Of a stretch of DNA of 64,000 bases, positions 44,134 through 53,833 are shown one piece after another. Each line of letters begins with the position of its first letter. Positions within the stretch are counted from its first letter, which is position 1. Origin of the DNA: Candidatus Omnitrophota bacterium (lineage in GTDB: Bacteria; Omnitrophota; Gorgyraeia; Gygaellales; Profunditerraquicolaceae); NCBI GenBank assembly GCA_026387335.1, contig JAPLLX010000006.1:125702-189701 (forward strand), in the 5' to 3' direction. A program made the translations under genes and the position numbers. The notes under the pieces were generated by a model that saw only the letters and a program-made list of their open reading frames with translations, was not told the origin of the DNA and searched no databases.

Positions 44134-45687
44134 CTACTTTCGGCAAACGCCGATTAATGTTGTATAATCACTGCCTGATTTAAATCCTTCAATAACATCT
44201 TTATTTTGCCCGAAAATTTCAAAGTCACCGAAATTTCCCAATAATTTCCTAAATTCAAGGTAAGAATACTCTCTCTTATGAAAAGGATTTTCCGGGTAGA
44301 ATCTATCCCGGCGGGCATTTAAAGGAGTGGAAATCAAAAAAAATGCGCTGCGTTTCATCAATTCTAAAACTTTCTTCAGGAAAATAGCGGCGAACTTATA
44401 TTTATGATGTTCTATAAACTCAAAAGCAATTATTGTGTCAAACGTTTTAGGATGATTGAAGGAAAAAAAATCGCTGTTCTGAAAACGCGATTTTCGGGTT
44501 AAGTAGTTTTTATTCGCGAAATCTATGGCCTCTTTAGAGATGTCTATGCCGGTAAGCGAAGAATATAAACTGGCGTTTAATTCCCGTAATCCGTATCCTG
44601 TCCCGCAGCCGATATCTAAAACCTTTCCCTTAATATATTTATTGGCGAATCTATACCTGGCGATATGCTCGGGTATAATTCCCCGGAGAAAAGTAGCAGA
44701 GTGTAAAATGGGGTCGATTCTTTCCTGATAAATTATTTTTTTTAGTCCGGATAAAATTTTGTTTTTCCCGTTTAAATGATGCCTGCGGGAATCTTTAATG
44801 ACCACAACTTTGCCAGCGGTATAATCTAAATCAAATTGCCACTTGGCCTCACCTTTCAGATGGGTAGCTGGATCCTTGAGCCTACGCAATTGTTCAGGTA
44901 TATACTCAAATAGTTTATCGTTCTCCCACTTCTCCTTGAACAAGCAGAAACCTTTTCTTAAATCCGCCAGCCTCTTATTCATATCTTTATAAGAACTGCC
45001 GTTGTAATGATAGACGAACAGATTCTTACAGACTCCGACCTGAAACCCGGATTTTATCAGTCTAAAACAGAGATCTATGTCGTCAAAGTAGCCCGCTGGC
45101 GACACCTTAAATAATTCATCGAAATATCCGCACTTTTTAAACACTGACCTTTTAACAACCATACAGGCGCCAAAAATATAAGGGGAACCTTGAAAACCAT
45201 TTTCCCCTTCCTTATCCAGCAAGTGATTTATTTGGTTTACTTTATTTTCTAACCGGCTACCGGCTAGGCCCGTTGATTTAAATTGTAGGTATTGGTGGGG
45301 GTTGATTGAATCATTAAAGAGCGGCCCTAGAGCGGCGACCCGCGCAGAATAATAAAATCCTCGGATTATTTTTCTTACCCAATTATCCGGTAAGACCACA
45401 TCATTGTCGATTATGGCCACCACCCGGGCTTTAGACGCTTTAATTCCTAAATTTACACTCTTGGTCCTGCCTAAATTTGTATTATTCGTAATGCAGATTA
45501 TATTCTTTTCTTTTTTTAACCTTTCCAGGTAATTAATCAAAGCGGCTTCGCTGGAGGCGTCGTTGATTATTATAATTCTGTAAGGGCAACGCGTAGACCT
45601 AAAGATAGAACTAATGCATCTTTTAGTTAATAAATAATTATTATAAACGGGGACTATAATGTCTATTGGGGTTACGCTGGCAAACAT
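44134..45687 (-). CDS. GT2 glycosyltransferase fused to a class I SAM methyltransferase
   Basis: DIIVPVYN, INDAS, IDND, FDDIDL; then EHIARY, VLDIGCGTGYG, FEFIEH, NPFHKREY. Confidence 0.9.
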   Translation of the reverse strand: MFASVTPIDIIVPVYNNYLLTKRCISSIFRSTRCPYRIIIINDASSEAALINYLERLKKEKNIICITNNTNLGRTKSVNLGIKASKARVVAIIDNDVVLPDNWVRKIIRGFYYSARVAALGPLFNDSINPHQYLQFKSTGLAGSRLENKVNQINHLLDKEGENGFQGSPYIFGACMVVKRSVFKKCGYFDELFKVSPAGYFDDIDLCFRLIKSGFQVGVCKNLFVYHYNGSSYKDMNKRLADLRKGFCLFKEKWENDKLFEYIPEQLRRLKDPATHLKGEAKWQFDLDYTAGKVVVIKDSRRHHLNGKNKILSGLKKIIYQERIDPILHSATFLRGIIPEHIARYRFANKYIKGKVLDIGCGTGYGLRELNASLYSSLTGIDISKEAIDFANKNYLTRKSRFQNSDFFSFNHPKTFDTIIAFEFIEHHKYKFAAIFLKKVLELMKRSAFFLISTPLNARRDRFYPENPFHKREYSYLEFRKLLGNFGDFEIFGQNKDVIEGFKSGSDYTTLIGVCRK

Positions 45688-45704
45688 ATTATCATTCCTT
45701 AGGA

Positions 45705-47684
45705 TTAATCGGGATACCGGACATTTATATTTAAAGCCTTTAGAAACCCCCGGACTTTTATCACCTTTCCCGCTTGCAATCCGTTACTCCCTCTCCCATT
45801 TTCATTATCTAGATAGCTGTCGACGTCAACGCGGATAGAATCTAATCCTGATTTCTTAAGTGACTTAAGTAGCCCGAATGAAATATGCGCGAGGCTCTCC
45901 ACTCTAGTTTGAAAAGACCAAGGGAAAGAATAAATTTTCCCGTTCTTTATCTCAACTGAAAGCTTAGCCACAAATTCCTTCGCCCGGGTCGCATCTTTAA
46001 GAAAATCATCTTCAATAAAATCTACATATTTATCATCAACATACAAAAATAGATCCTTAATCTTATTTATTATGGTCTGCGCAGTATTATTCCCGGTTTG
46101 TATGCGGGCTATCCGGTATTTGGAAAAATACTCTGATAATAAATAATGCGGTAAAGGACGGAAAATCCGCTTAGCCTTTAATAACTGGCCCGCTTTGCTC
46201 CCCAAGGAACCCTCGACAACAACAGGTATAGCGAACCGGGATTTAATGCGCCGGGCTAACCTTTTGATTTCTTCAATTTGAGCAGGCTCGCCTCCGACAA
46301 GACCGATACGAATCAATTTATTTTTTCCGGCTAATTCTATGATTTTTCTGGATAAATGAGGCTCCTGCCTGGCATCGAGAATTTTAACTTTTATATTATT
46401 TCTTACTAACGGTTCCGCTAATTCCAAAAGCTCTAAAGGATAAACAGAGGCATCATTTTCCTTTCCGGAAGCCAGATAGATCAACAACACATCAACAGGG
46501 CCTGGCGGGACTGTTTTGGCTATGGAATCAAAAATCGTTTTAGGTTGATAGGCAAGTTCGATTTTCGTCTTTAATTTATCTTGTTCTCTAATTAAATTCT
46601 CCATCCGCATGATAACCGACGTCCTGTACATAATTTCCGAACAGGGAACCTTACCGCCTAAATCATACGCCTTGGTGCCTTCCCTGTCTGAATAGTAGAA
46701 ACAACTCATTAAATCAAAATGCCCGAACAACGAGAATAGACTGTTAAAGTCTTTCCGGCTCTCCCCCGGAAAGCCATAAATCAAGTGCGTCCTCAGATCG
46801 ATTTTCTGGTTTATCCTTTTGATATCGGCTAAAATATTTAGAACGGCGTTAATATTATAGCTCCTGTTCATTAGCTTAAGCAAACGGGCAGAAACTGTCT
46901 GAATCGGAACATTCAGAGAGTCAATTTTTTTAAAGACGTTTTTATCGATATGGGGGTACAATTTTAGCAGCCGGTTAGGCTCAAAATATAAAATTCCCAA
47001 AGAATCAAAACTATCCCCGAGCTCGCCGCATAATAAATTCAAAAGCTCGGCAAAATTAGTCTTGATGTCTAAACCGTAACTACCGCAATCATCAGCCAAT
47101 AAGAAAAACTTTCTTAATCCGGATTTTATCCCCAGTTTAAACTCACGCAGTATCTGTTCCGGAGCTTTACTTTCAATATTTCCCTTGGCTTTTTTGATTA
47201 TGCAATATGAGCAATTATTAACGCACCCCTGGCCGATCTGTATATAGCCATACTCCAACTCTCCAATACGATCGGAGCAAAAATATTTGTTCAGCTTGCC
47301 CGTATAGACATCTTCCATTTTTATTTTTGCTGAAAAAATCTCGTCAAATTTCGTTAGCTCTTTCGGACCTACGGCGATTATCCTTTTATCCCGGGGGAGG
47401 TCTCGGTTGATTTTAGGAAGGCATCCACAGACTATTATCTGTTTTTTAGACGCAAATCTTTCTATCAAGGGCTCTAGTAAAGACAACGCTTCGTTTTCGC
47501 GCCTTTTATCAAAAGCGCAGGTAGTAATAATAATAAAATCGGCTTCTTCCGGATTATCAACTATCCAAAAACCGTTTCTTTCGAAGAAAGAATACAACTG
47601 GCTTCCTAAATAGGCGTTAGTCTTGCAGAATTTAAAACTAGTGGTTAAATAAACCTTATTAATTTTTGTTTTTCGCATAATCAA
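45705..47684 (-). CDS. MiaB-like methylthiotransferase-family radical SAM fused to a degenerate B12-binding/radical SAM module
   Basis: N-terminal Cys triad (FCKTN, TTCAF, CGCL), GCVNNCSYC, YGFPGES; C-terminal half has YPLELL..L and FIEDDF but no CxxxCxxC. Confidence 0.8.
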   Translation of the reverse strand: MIMRKTKINKVYLTTSFKFCKTNAYLGSQLYSFFERNGFWIVDNPEEADFIIITTCAFDKRRENEALSLLEPLIERFASKKQIIVCGCLPKINRDLPRDKRIIAVGPKELTKFDEIFSAKIKMEDVYTGKLNKYFCSDRIGELEYGYIQIGQGCVNNCSYCIIKKAKGNIESKAPEQILREFKLGIKSGLRKFFLLADDCGSYGLDIKTNFAELLNLLCGELGDSFDSLGILYFEPNRLLKLYPHIDKNVFKKIDSLNVPIQTVSARLLKLMNRSYNINAVLNILADIKRINQKIDLRTHLIYGFPGESRKDFNSLFSLFGHFDLMSCFYYSDREGTKAYDLGGKVPCSEIMYRTSVIMRMENLIREQDKLKTKIELAYQPKTIFDSIAKTVPPGPVDVLLIYLASGKENDASVYPLELLELAEPLVRNNIKVKILDARQEPHLSRKIIELAGKNKLIRIGLVGGEPAQIEEIKRLARRIKSRFAIPVVVEGSLGSKAGQLLKAKRIFRPLPHYLLSEYFSKYRIARIQTGNNTAQTIINKIKDLFLYVDDKYVDFIEDDFLKDATRAKEFVAKLSVEIKNGKIYSFPWSFQTRVESLAHISFGLLKSLKKSGLDSIRVDVDSYLDNENGRGSNGLQAGKVIKVRGFLKALNINVRYPD

Positions 47685-48486
47685 AAAAATACTGGTAACG
47701 CCGGCAACCCGTAGAATCCATTGCCCACTTTTTGTATATTTTGCTTATCTTGGCCTGAATTTTTCTGCGTTTGATTGTTTTATTTACGTAGTAAACAAGA
47801 AGGGCCAGCCTTTCTTCTTCATTCATGCCGGCTAATAGAGAATTTTGATGATTACGCTTTAAATAGAGAAGTTTATTAATTGTTTTAATCCTTCCGACCT
47901 CCTCCATTCTTATGAATAGATCCACGTCTTCGATATAACCAAACCGTTTCCTAAATCTTAGCCAACCGATTTTTTCTAAGTACCCCCTATTAAGCAAATA
48001 CGGCTGGCTCACATTTCCAGGATTTAGCGGTAATCCAAATTTCTTAAGGCGTAAAGGCACGCTGAATTTACCGCCTAAAATATGCGGGCTTAACTGCTTC
48101 CAAGAAACAATATTTTCTTCTATTTCATAAGAACAACCGCGGGCAATCGCGAAATTTTTATTTTTCTCTATAAAATCAGTGAACTCTTCCACGCAACCAG
48201 GCATAAGCATATCGTCATCGTCAAGAGGCAGGATATATTTTAAACGGGTAAGCTTAAAAAGCCTTTGCCTAGTGACACCTATACCGCATTTTTTCTGGGA
48301 GTATCTCCTTATTTTACCTTGGCCTTTGAATCTACTGATTATTTCCTCTATGCGTTGCTTTTCAACAGGAGTCGGCCCATCAAGCAAGATCACCAATTCC
48401 CAATTATTGCTAGTTTGATCAATTACGCTTTTAATTGCCGGAAAAAGGAATCTACTCCTGGTTACGGGCATCTGTACGGATATCAT
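47659..48486 (-). CDS. GT2 glycosyltransferase
   Basis: ISVQMP, SVIDQT..NWELVILLDG, LDDDD, EDVDLFIR. Confidence 0.9.
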   Translation of the reverse strand: MISVQMPVTRSRFLFPAIKSVIDQTSNNWELVILLDGPTPVEKQRIEEIISRFKGQGKIRRYSQKKCGIGVTRQRLFKLTRLKYILPLDDDDMLMPGCVEEFTDFIEKNKNFAIARGCSYEIEENIVSWKQLSPHILGGKFSVPLRLKKFGLPLNPGNVSQPYLLNRGYLEKIGWLRFRKRFGYIEDVDLFIRMEEVGRIKTINKLLYLKRNHQNSLLAGMNEEERLALLVYYVNKTIKRRKIQAKISKIYKKWAMDSTGCRRYQYFFDYAKNKN

Positions 48487-49549
48487 CGCACGCCTCTAAA
48501 ATTAAGGTTTTATCCAAGGATGCTAAATTCAACGGGTCTATTTTCCTCCGCCTGACCCGGCTTTTCATTTCTTTCAGCCACCCATTGTATTTAAATTTAT
48601 TGGCCAAATACAGGCTTAATCCGTCAAGGTCGCGGTTATTTAGATAATACAATCTTGCCCAAAATGATTTATCGCTTCCGCTCCAAAGAGAAAAGAAGTT
48701 TCCCTTAAATTTCCCTTTCATATAAGTTTGGAGAAAAAATAAATTATCTTCCCGGCTGCGCACCCTGCCGTTAAGCTTAAACGATTTAACCCCTAAATCC
48801 CGGTAGAATTCTAAATCCTCCGGCCGTATACAGGGAGAGGTTAAGATATAATTAACATCCGTGATCATCTTTCTTATGCATTCCCGCTTAAAATAATCCC
48901 GGTCAAAGAACCGACTCTTATTGAAGAGCCCGACAAAGTAATAGTGATCTTTATTAAATGCGCAATTGTATAAGCAATCACTATTTACAATCAATTTAAT
49001 CTCTAGTCCCATTTTTTTAGATAACTTAAGCAGGCGTTTAAGATTAGGCACCTCTCTATTGACATCAATGGAAGGCGTAAGCATATTAATTTTATAATCC
49101 CTTAGCTGCGCCAGTTGCGCTGAATTCTTAATGTTAGCTACGGTGGAAATATTCAATTTATGGTCCCTGAACTTACGCGTAACAATATCCATCAGGCTTA
49201 GGCTGCTGACAGAGAGCTCATCCACCCCCAAGCCAAAGATCATCTTAATAAAATCAATTAACTCATTTTTCTTTTTCGGGTCGGTCTCAAATCTATGCAT
49301 GAAAGGAGAATTCAGGGTATATTCAAATACAAAACCAAGTTTATGCAGATAGGTTAGGTAACCTTTAAGTTTCCTGGGAGAGACTGACGGTAAGTTAAAT
49401 GGCGACCTGGCTGACGGCCAGACAGATGGATTAAGGCAGCCGTAAAAGGTTTTCACCCTTATTAGCTTATTTTTGAATTTCGCATTCAAATTTACTATAG
49501 CCTCAACTTCATCCTTGTTAAAGCTGGCTGGATAACTAAAATTTACCAT
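48452..49549 (-). CDS. U32-family protein (Fe-S, probable hydroxylase-type)
   Basis: YTLNS, ISTVANI, VNSDCLYNC, C..., IRPEDL..Y, FKLNGR. Confidence 0.8.
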   Translation of the reverse strand: MVNFSYPASFNKDEVEAIVNLNAKFKNKLIRVKTFYGCLNPSVWPSARSPFNLPSVSPRKLKGYLTYLHKLGFVFEYTLNSPFMHRFETDPKKKNELIDFIKMIFGLGVDELSVSSLSLMDIVTRKFRDHKLNISTVANIKNSAQLAQLRDYKINMLTPSIDVNREVPNLKRLLKLSKKMGLEIKLIVNSDCLYNCAFNKDHYYFVGLFNKSRFFDRDYFKRECIRKMITDVNYILTSPCIRPEDLEFYRDLGVKSFKLNGRVRSREDNLFFLQTYMKGKFKGNFFSLWSGSDKSFWARLYYLNNRDLDGLSLYLANKFKYNGWLKEMKSRVRRRKIDPLNLASLDKTLILEACDDIRTDARNQE

Positions 49550-49578
49550 TATTTCCCCGGAATTAGCTTCTTTTTGGT

Positions 49579-49660
49579 ATTATATTCTGTCTTCCGGCAA
49601 TCCGCAAGCACTTTCAATCCAGCAAAATAAATTGAAATCGGAAAGTTAATATGGTTTAAT
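49579..49660. promoter_or_regulatory. Divergent promoter pair between the U32 and AsnB-like genes
   Basis: Minus: TTGCGG (49607-49602)-17-TATAAT (49584-49579); plus: TTGAAA (49632)-17-TTTAAT (49655). Confidence 0.5.
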
Positions 49661-49704
49661 AAGCAAGAGAGTTCGATACACTCTTCTAAAAACCTTACCT
49701 AAAT

Positions 49705-51306
49705 ATGGCTATATTCGGCTTTAGTGAAGACAATCCCGGTTTACTCGACAGAATGACCGGTTATCTTAAGGGACAAAAACCGGGCAAGGCTTATAAATTT
49801 TGCGCTAAAAATATTTGCCTGGCCTATGCGGATAAACTTCATAACGGCGATCCCAGAAATAACTTTGCTGTTTGCGATGGCAAAAAAACAATTGCGCTTA
49901 TTCTGGAGGGCCATATTTATAATACCCGGGATTTTGCGGCTGAATCAATCATTTGGCTATATAAAGAATACGGCTTAGATTTCATTAAGCGCCTGGAAGG
50001 AGAATTTACGTTTGTGCTCTATGATAGCCTGGCAGGTAAATTGATTTTTTACCGGGATGAATTTGGAACAAAACCTCTGTATTACTCTTATAAGAACGGA
50101 AAAATAATTTTTGCTTCAGAAATAAAAGCGATCTTCCGCCACCCCCTCAAACGAGAATTTAACCTTGAGGCGCTCGTTGAGCAATCAATATTAGGATTTA
50201 CTTATAACGATAAAACTATATTTTCCGGAATTTATTCCCTGCCGGCCGGCATTCCTACTCTATTCGACCTAAAGACACAAGCTTTTTCCTACCCCTCCTA
50301 TCGCCCTAAAAAAGGCTCTCGGAAAAATAATTTAACCGAGCTAGAAATTATCCAAAGGACAGAGAAACTAATCGTTGAATCTAGCCAGCGTAAGATTGCT
50401 TCGGAAAAAGAGATCGGCTTATATTTATCGGGAGGAGTAGATTCAACTTTAATCGCGGATATAATCCGGAACAATAAAATACGCGTAAACGCGTATTCCC
50501 TAAAGGGCCAAAAAAACCGCGCAGACTTATTTTATGCCGCAAAAAACGCTCAAAAATACGGTTTTCAGCATCAGATAATCGCAATAAAGGAAACCGAGGC
50601 TTTGCGTTTTTTACCCGCGGCTTGTTACCACGTTGAAAATATCTGGTTTCAGATGGCTAAAGTATACCTTTTTCTTCATAAAATAAAGGGTAATCAGCGG
50701 GTGAATTTATGGGGTATCGGCACTGAAGAATTCTTTAAAGGATTGGCTTCGCATATAAATCAGGAGGGATTCAGGAACTATTTAACCAATAGAATAACCA
50801 AAAAATACCCCCAGGCAAAGATAGTTCTTCCCTGGGCCCAAGAAATGCTTAGGCATCCGGCAAAGATAATGTTTGATGAAATTGCGCTGCGCACTCTTCT
50901 CTACCAAATAAGACTAATTTACCAGGTTTCGGCAAGTGTTAATCAAGAAGCGCGTTTTCCATACCTCTCTCAGAAAATAAGGAATTTCCTGGAACAAATA
51001 CCCCAAAAATTACATACTCAGAATGCTAACCCAAAATATATCATCCGGCAGATCGCCAAGACGCGAGGATTAAAATATAACAACAGGTTTAAATTAGGAT
51101 TTGATACCTCTTTGGATATGGAAGTTACTGCCAAATCCCTAAGGGAATTGTTTCCAAAAATAAAACCTAAACTAAAAAATCTAAAATTGTTTTCCGGTTT
51201 AAAATTTAACGCGGAGGAGATAATCTGTTTGGATATCTTAGACCGGGTAATGCTCAAAGAGACAAATCATTATAGCCAAGATTTACAAACAATATACCGG
51301 ATTTAA
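49705..51306 (+). CDS. Asparagine synthetase-like (AsnB-family) amide ligase lacking the N-terminal Cys
   Basis: GHIYN, LEGEFTFVLYD, RDEFGTKPLYY, FASEIKA, LSGGVDS, EARFPYL; begins MAIFG, not MCGI. Confidence 0.85.
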   Translation: MAIFGFSEDNPGLLDRMTGYLKGQKPGKAYKFCAKNICLAYADKLHNGDPRNNFAVCDGKKTIALILEGHIYNTRDFAAESIIWLYKEYGLDFIKRLEGEFTFVLYDSLAGKLIFYRDEFGTKPLYYSYKNGKIIFASEIKAIFRHPLKREFNLEALVEQSILGFTYNDKTIFSGIYSLPAGIPTLFDLKTQAFSYPSYRPKKGSRKNNLTELEIIQRTEKLIVESSQRKIASEKEIGLYLSGGVDSTLIADIIRNNKIRVNAYSLKGQKNRADLFYAAKNAQKYGFQHQIIAIKETEALRFLPAACYHVENIWFQMAKVYLFLHKIKGNQRVNLWGIGTEEFFKGLASHINQEGFRNYLTNRITKKYPQAKIVLPWAQEMLRHPAKIMFDEIALRTLLYQIRLIYQVSASVNQEARFPYLSQKIRNFLEQIPQKLHTQNANPKYIIRQIAKTRGLKYNNRFKLGFDTSLDMEVTAKSLRELFPKIKPKLKNLKLFSGLKFNAEEIICLDILDRVMLKETNHYSQDLQTIYRI

Positions 51307-52443
51307 TCAGGCATCAAAACCCAGACCCGTGATATCAATAACCTTGCGCAGGTCTTTGTATTTTTTAAGTCGCAGCAATTTATTAAACAAATCTAGGCTG
51401 TTTTTTAATTCTACCCCGCAGGCCTTTTTAGTAGCTGAATAAGGGTAAACATCTACCCTGGAAAAACTAAACCTTTTTAAGAAATCTAAAGTCTGGACCA
51501 AATCATCTTTAGTCTCACCCGGGAATCCGACAATAATATCGGTAGTCAAACGTAGATTACGCACCTTGCGGCATAATTTATTAAACAACATCCGCAAGTA
51601 GGCGGAATCATATTTTCTACGCATCATCTTTAAAATACGATCGGAAGCCGACTGGATAGGAACACTTATTTCTTTATTGATCTTATCATTTAAGATGAGC
51701 TCCATAAGCTTATCCGATAAATCGTTGGGATAAAATTCCAAATAAAATACCTCCAGATTAGTCTGGGCTAAAATAAATTCTAATAACTGAGTGAAGGTAA
51801 AATGTTTGTTCCGCGGGTCATGCCAACCGCCCATGCAGGGCCCGCCAAATTCAATCCTCTTTATCCCTCTTAACCCCAACTGCCTAATCTGCTTTTTAAC
51901 CTCACTAAAACTGACATTCCTATTTTTCCGCAGGCAGGGGCAAATACAATAACGGCAATAATTATTGCACCCATTTTCTATTAATATTATCCCGGAATTA
52001 AGAGTGTTACGGTAAACCGGTTTATTAGATGAGGCTAGTGTTTTTCTTAAATATCCGGCAATGCCTTCTTCCCTTATAAATAATATATTCCGGAGACCTT
52101 TTATCTTGGTCTCTGGCAATGACGAGGATGGATAACTCAAGGAACAACCGCTTAATATTATCAAAGCTTCTTTATTGACCCTCCTAATGTAAAACAAAAA
52201 ATTCTTTACAAATTTTTCTAAGTAAGCGGTTATCGGGCAGGCATAAATAATAAAAACCTTTGCTTTGAAAGCCAGGCGTCTTTCTTGCGAATCGCGGAAG
52301 AAATCCCGGTCATCTCCAAAATATTGGTTATAGATAGAAAAGGAATTCTCTAAGGCAAAAGTTAACTGTTGCGCTTGGAACCGGTTAGCCGCGCAACCGT
52401 AAGATTTAATAAAAATGTCCGGATTTTTATTATTTTTAGGCAT
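51307..52443 (-). CDS. MiaB-like methylthiotransferase-family radical SAM, no TRAM domain
   Basis: SYGCAAN, YACPI, LSGCS, GCNNYCRYC, PIQSASDRILKMMRRKY, DIIVGFPGET. Confidence 0.85.
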   Translation of the reverse strand: MPKNNKNPDIFIKSYGCAANRFQAQQLTFALENSFSIYNQYFGDDRDFFRDSQERRLAFKAKVFIIYACPITAYLEKFVKNFLFYIRRVNKEALIILSGCSLSYPSSSLPETKIKGLRNILFIREEGIAGYLRKTLASSNKPVYRNTLNSGIILIENGCNNYCRYCICPCLRKNRNVSFSEVKKQIRQLGLRGIKRIEFGGPCMGGWHDPRNKHFTFTQLLEFILAQTNLEVFYLEFYPNDLSDKLMELILNDKINKEISVPIQSASDRILKMMRRKYDSAYLRMLFNKLCRKVRNLRLTTDIIVGFPGETKDDLVQTLDFLKRFSFSRVDVYPYSATKKACGVELKNSLDLFNKLLRLKKYKDLRKVIDITGLGFDA

Positions 52444-52445
52444 CT

Positions 52446-53828
52446 CTAAAAATACAGATATTTCATATCGGCCCGCTTAATCCTGCCGGCTAGAGGAGAA
52501 AGTACTGCCCTGCATTTAGCAATAATTTTTTGATCATAAAAATATTTAGAAAAAATGGCGTACTCGCCCATATTAGCCGATTTAGAGCATAAAAATCCCG
52601 GTGTATCTTTAATTTTTTTTCTTGTTTTTAAATAGGCTATTTCTTTAGCGAAAACCTTATCCGGGTCTTTTTTAAAAATATCCCTGAATCTCTCTTTGCT
52701 GACCCTGCCGTAACGCAGCCAACTGGTTATAAAATATATCATTTCATCTCTTTGGGTTAGGCGGCAGGTTGATTGAATCGGGAGCTTCCCTTGGTTTAAA
52801 GAATAACAGTATTTATCCGGGTCGTTAAGATTAACGTATCTTGAATAACCGGTGGCATGAGAGACCGCCCCGGCTCCTAGACCTAAAAATGGGCTGTTGT
52901 GTTCTATCGCATCGGAGAGTTGGACATTCCGAGCTGCCGGGTTTAGGCCGTTAGCGTCAAATTCTATCGCCGCGTATCCGGCTTGCCTAATAACTGCCTG
53001 GCTGATTTTGGCCAAACGCTCTCTTAGATCCATCTCTTCTTTAGAAAGCTGGCCTCCGGCTTGCATAAATGCGGTTAAGGCTGTCGGATAAAAGGGATGG
53101 ATATGGATCAATTCGGGCCGCAGCCGAATTACCTCCTCAAGGGTTTTCAAAACACTCTTAGCGGTTTGCCCGCTTAATCCTACCATTAAATCAACATTAA
53201 TGTTGGCTATTCCGGCGTTGCGGGCATCCTGAAAACAGCGCTCAAATGATTCTTTTGACTGATAGCGATTAGCGGACTCTAGGACCCGGCTATCTAAACT
53301 TTGGATACCTATAGTCAGCCTATTCACGCCGTATTTCTTTAATAATTTGAGCTTAGTCCAAGATAAAAAATCAGGATTCCCCTCAAAGGATATTTGTCGG
53401 CATTGATTAAGGTTAAAACTCATATACAGAGCATCAAATAACTCTTTTAATTGGCCTAAGCTTAATAAAGCTGGCGTGCCGCCGCCAAGATAAACTGAAG
53501 ATAGGGGAAATTTTGCGAATAATGGTTTATAGATTTTTATTTCTTTCTTTAAGGCGGCGAGGTAATCTTTTAATGCGGCCCTTTGCGCTAACTCTTGAGA
53601 AAAATAACGGCAGAATGAACATTTTTGCTTGCAAAAGGGTATGTGCACATATAACCCCAGGTGCCTAAAATTATTGGCCAAGGATTTTGACCATGACCTT
53701 AAGATTTCCCGGTTTGAACGGGCTTTCCCCCACAAAAACATCGGGGGATATTGAATAGTGTAACCGCTAAAATCCGTATTAGCGATTCCCTCGGTGATAC
53801 GCTTGAACAAAAAATCGTTATTTTCCAT
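52446..53828 (-). CDS. HemN-like radical SAM protein
   Basis: LYVHIPFCKQKCSFC, YLGGGTP, GIQS, NVDLMVGL, LGLGAGA. Confidence 0.9.
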   Translation of the reverse strand: MENNDFLFKRITEGIANTDFSGYTIQYPPMFLWGKARSNREILRSWSKSLANNFRHLGLYVHIPFCKQKCSFCRYFSQELAQRAALKDYLAALKKEIKIYKPLFAKFPLSSVYLGGGTPALLSLGQLKELFDALYMSFNLNQCRQISFEGNPDFLSWTKLKLLKKYGVNRLTIGIQSLDSRVLESANRYQSKESFERCFQDARNAGIANINVDLMVGLSGQTAKSVLKTLEEVIRLRPELIHIHPFYPTALTAFMQAGGQLSKEEMDLRERLAKISQAVIRQAGYAAIEFDANGLNPAARNVQLSDAIEHNSPFLGLGAGAVSHATGYSRYVNLNDPDKYCYSLNQGKLPIQSTCRLTQRDEMIYFITSWLRYGRVSKERFRDIFKKDPDKVFAKEIAYLKTRKKIKDTPGFLCSKSANMGEYAIFSKYFYDQKIIAKCRAVLSPLAGRIKRADMKYLYF

Positions 53829-53833
53829 AACAT

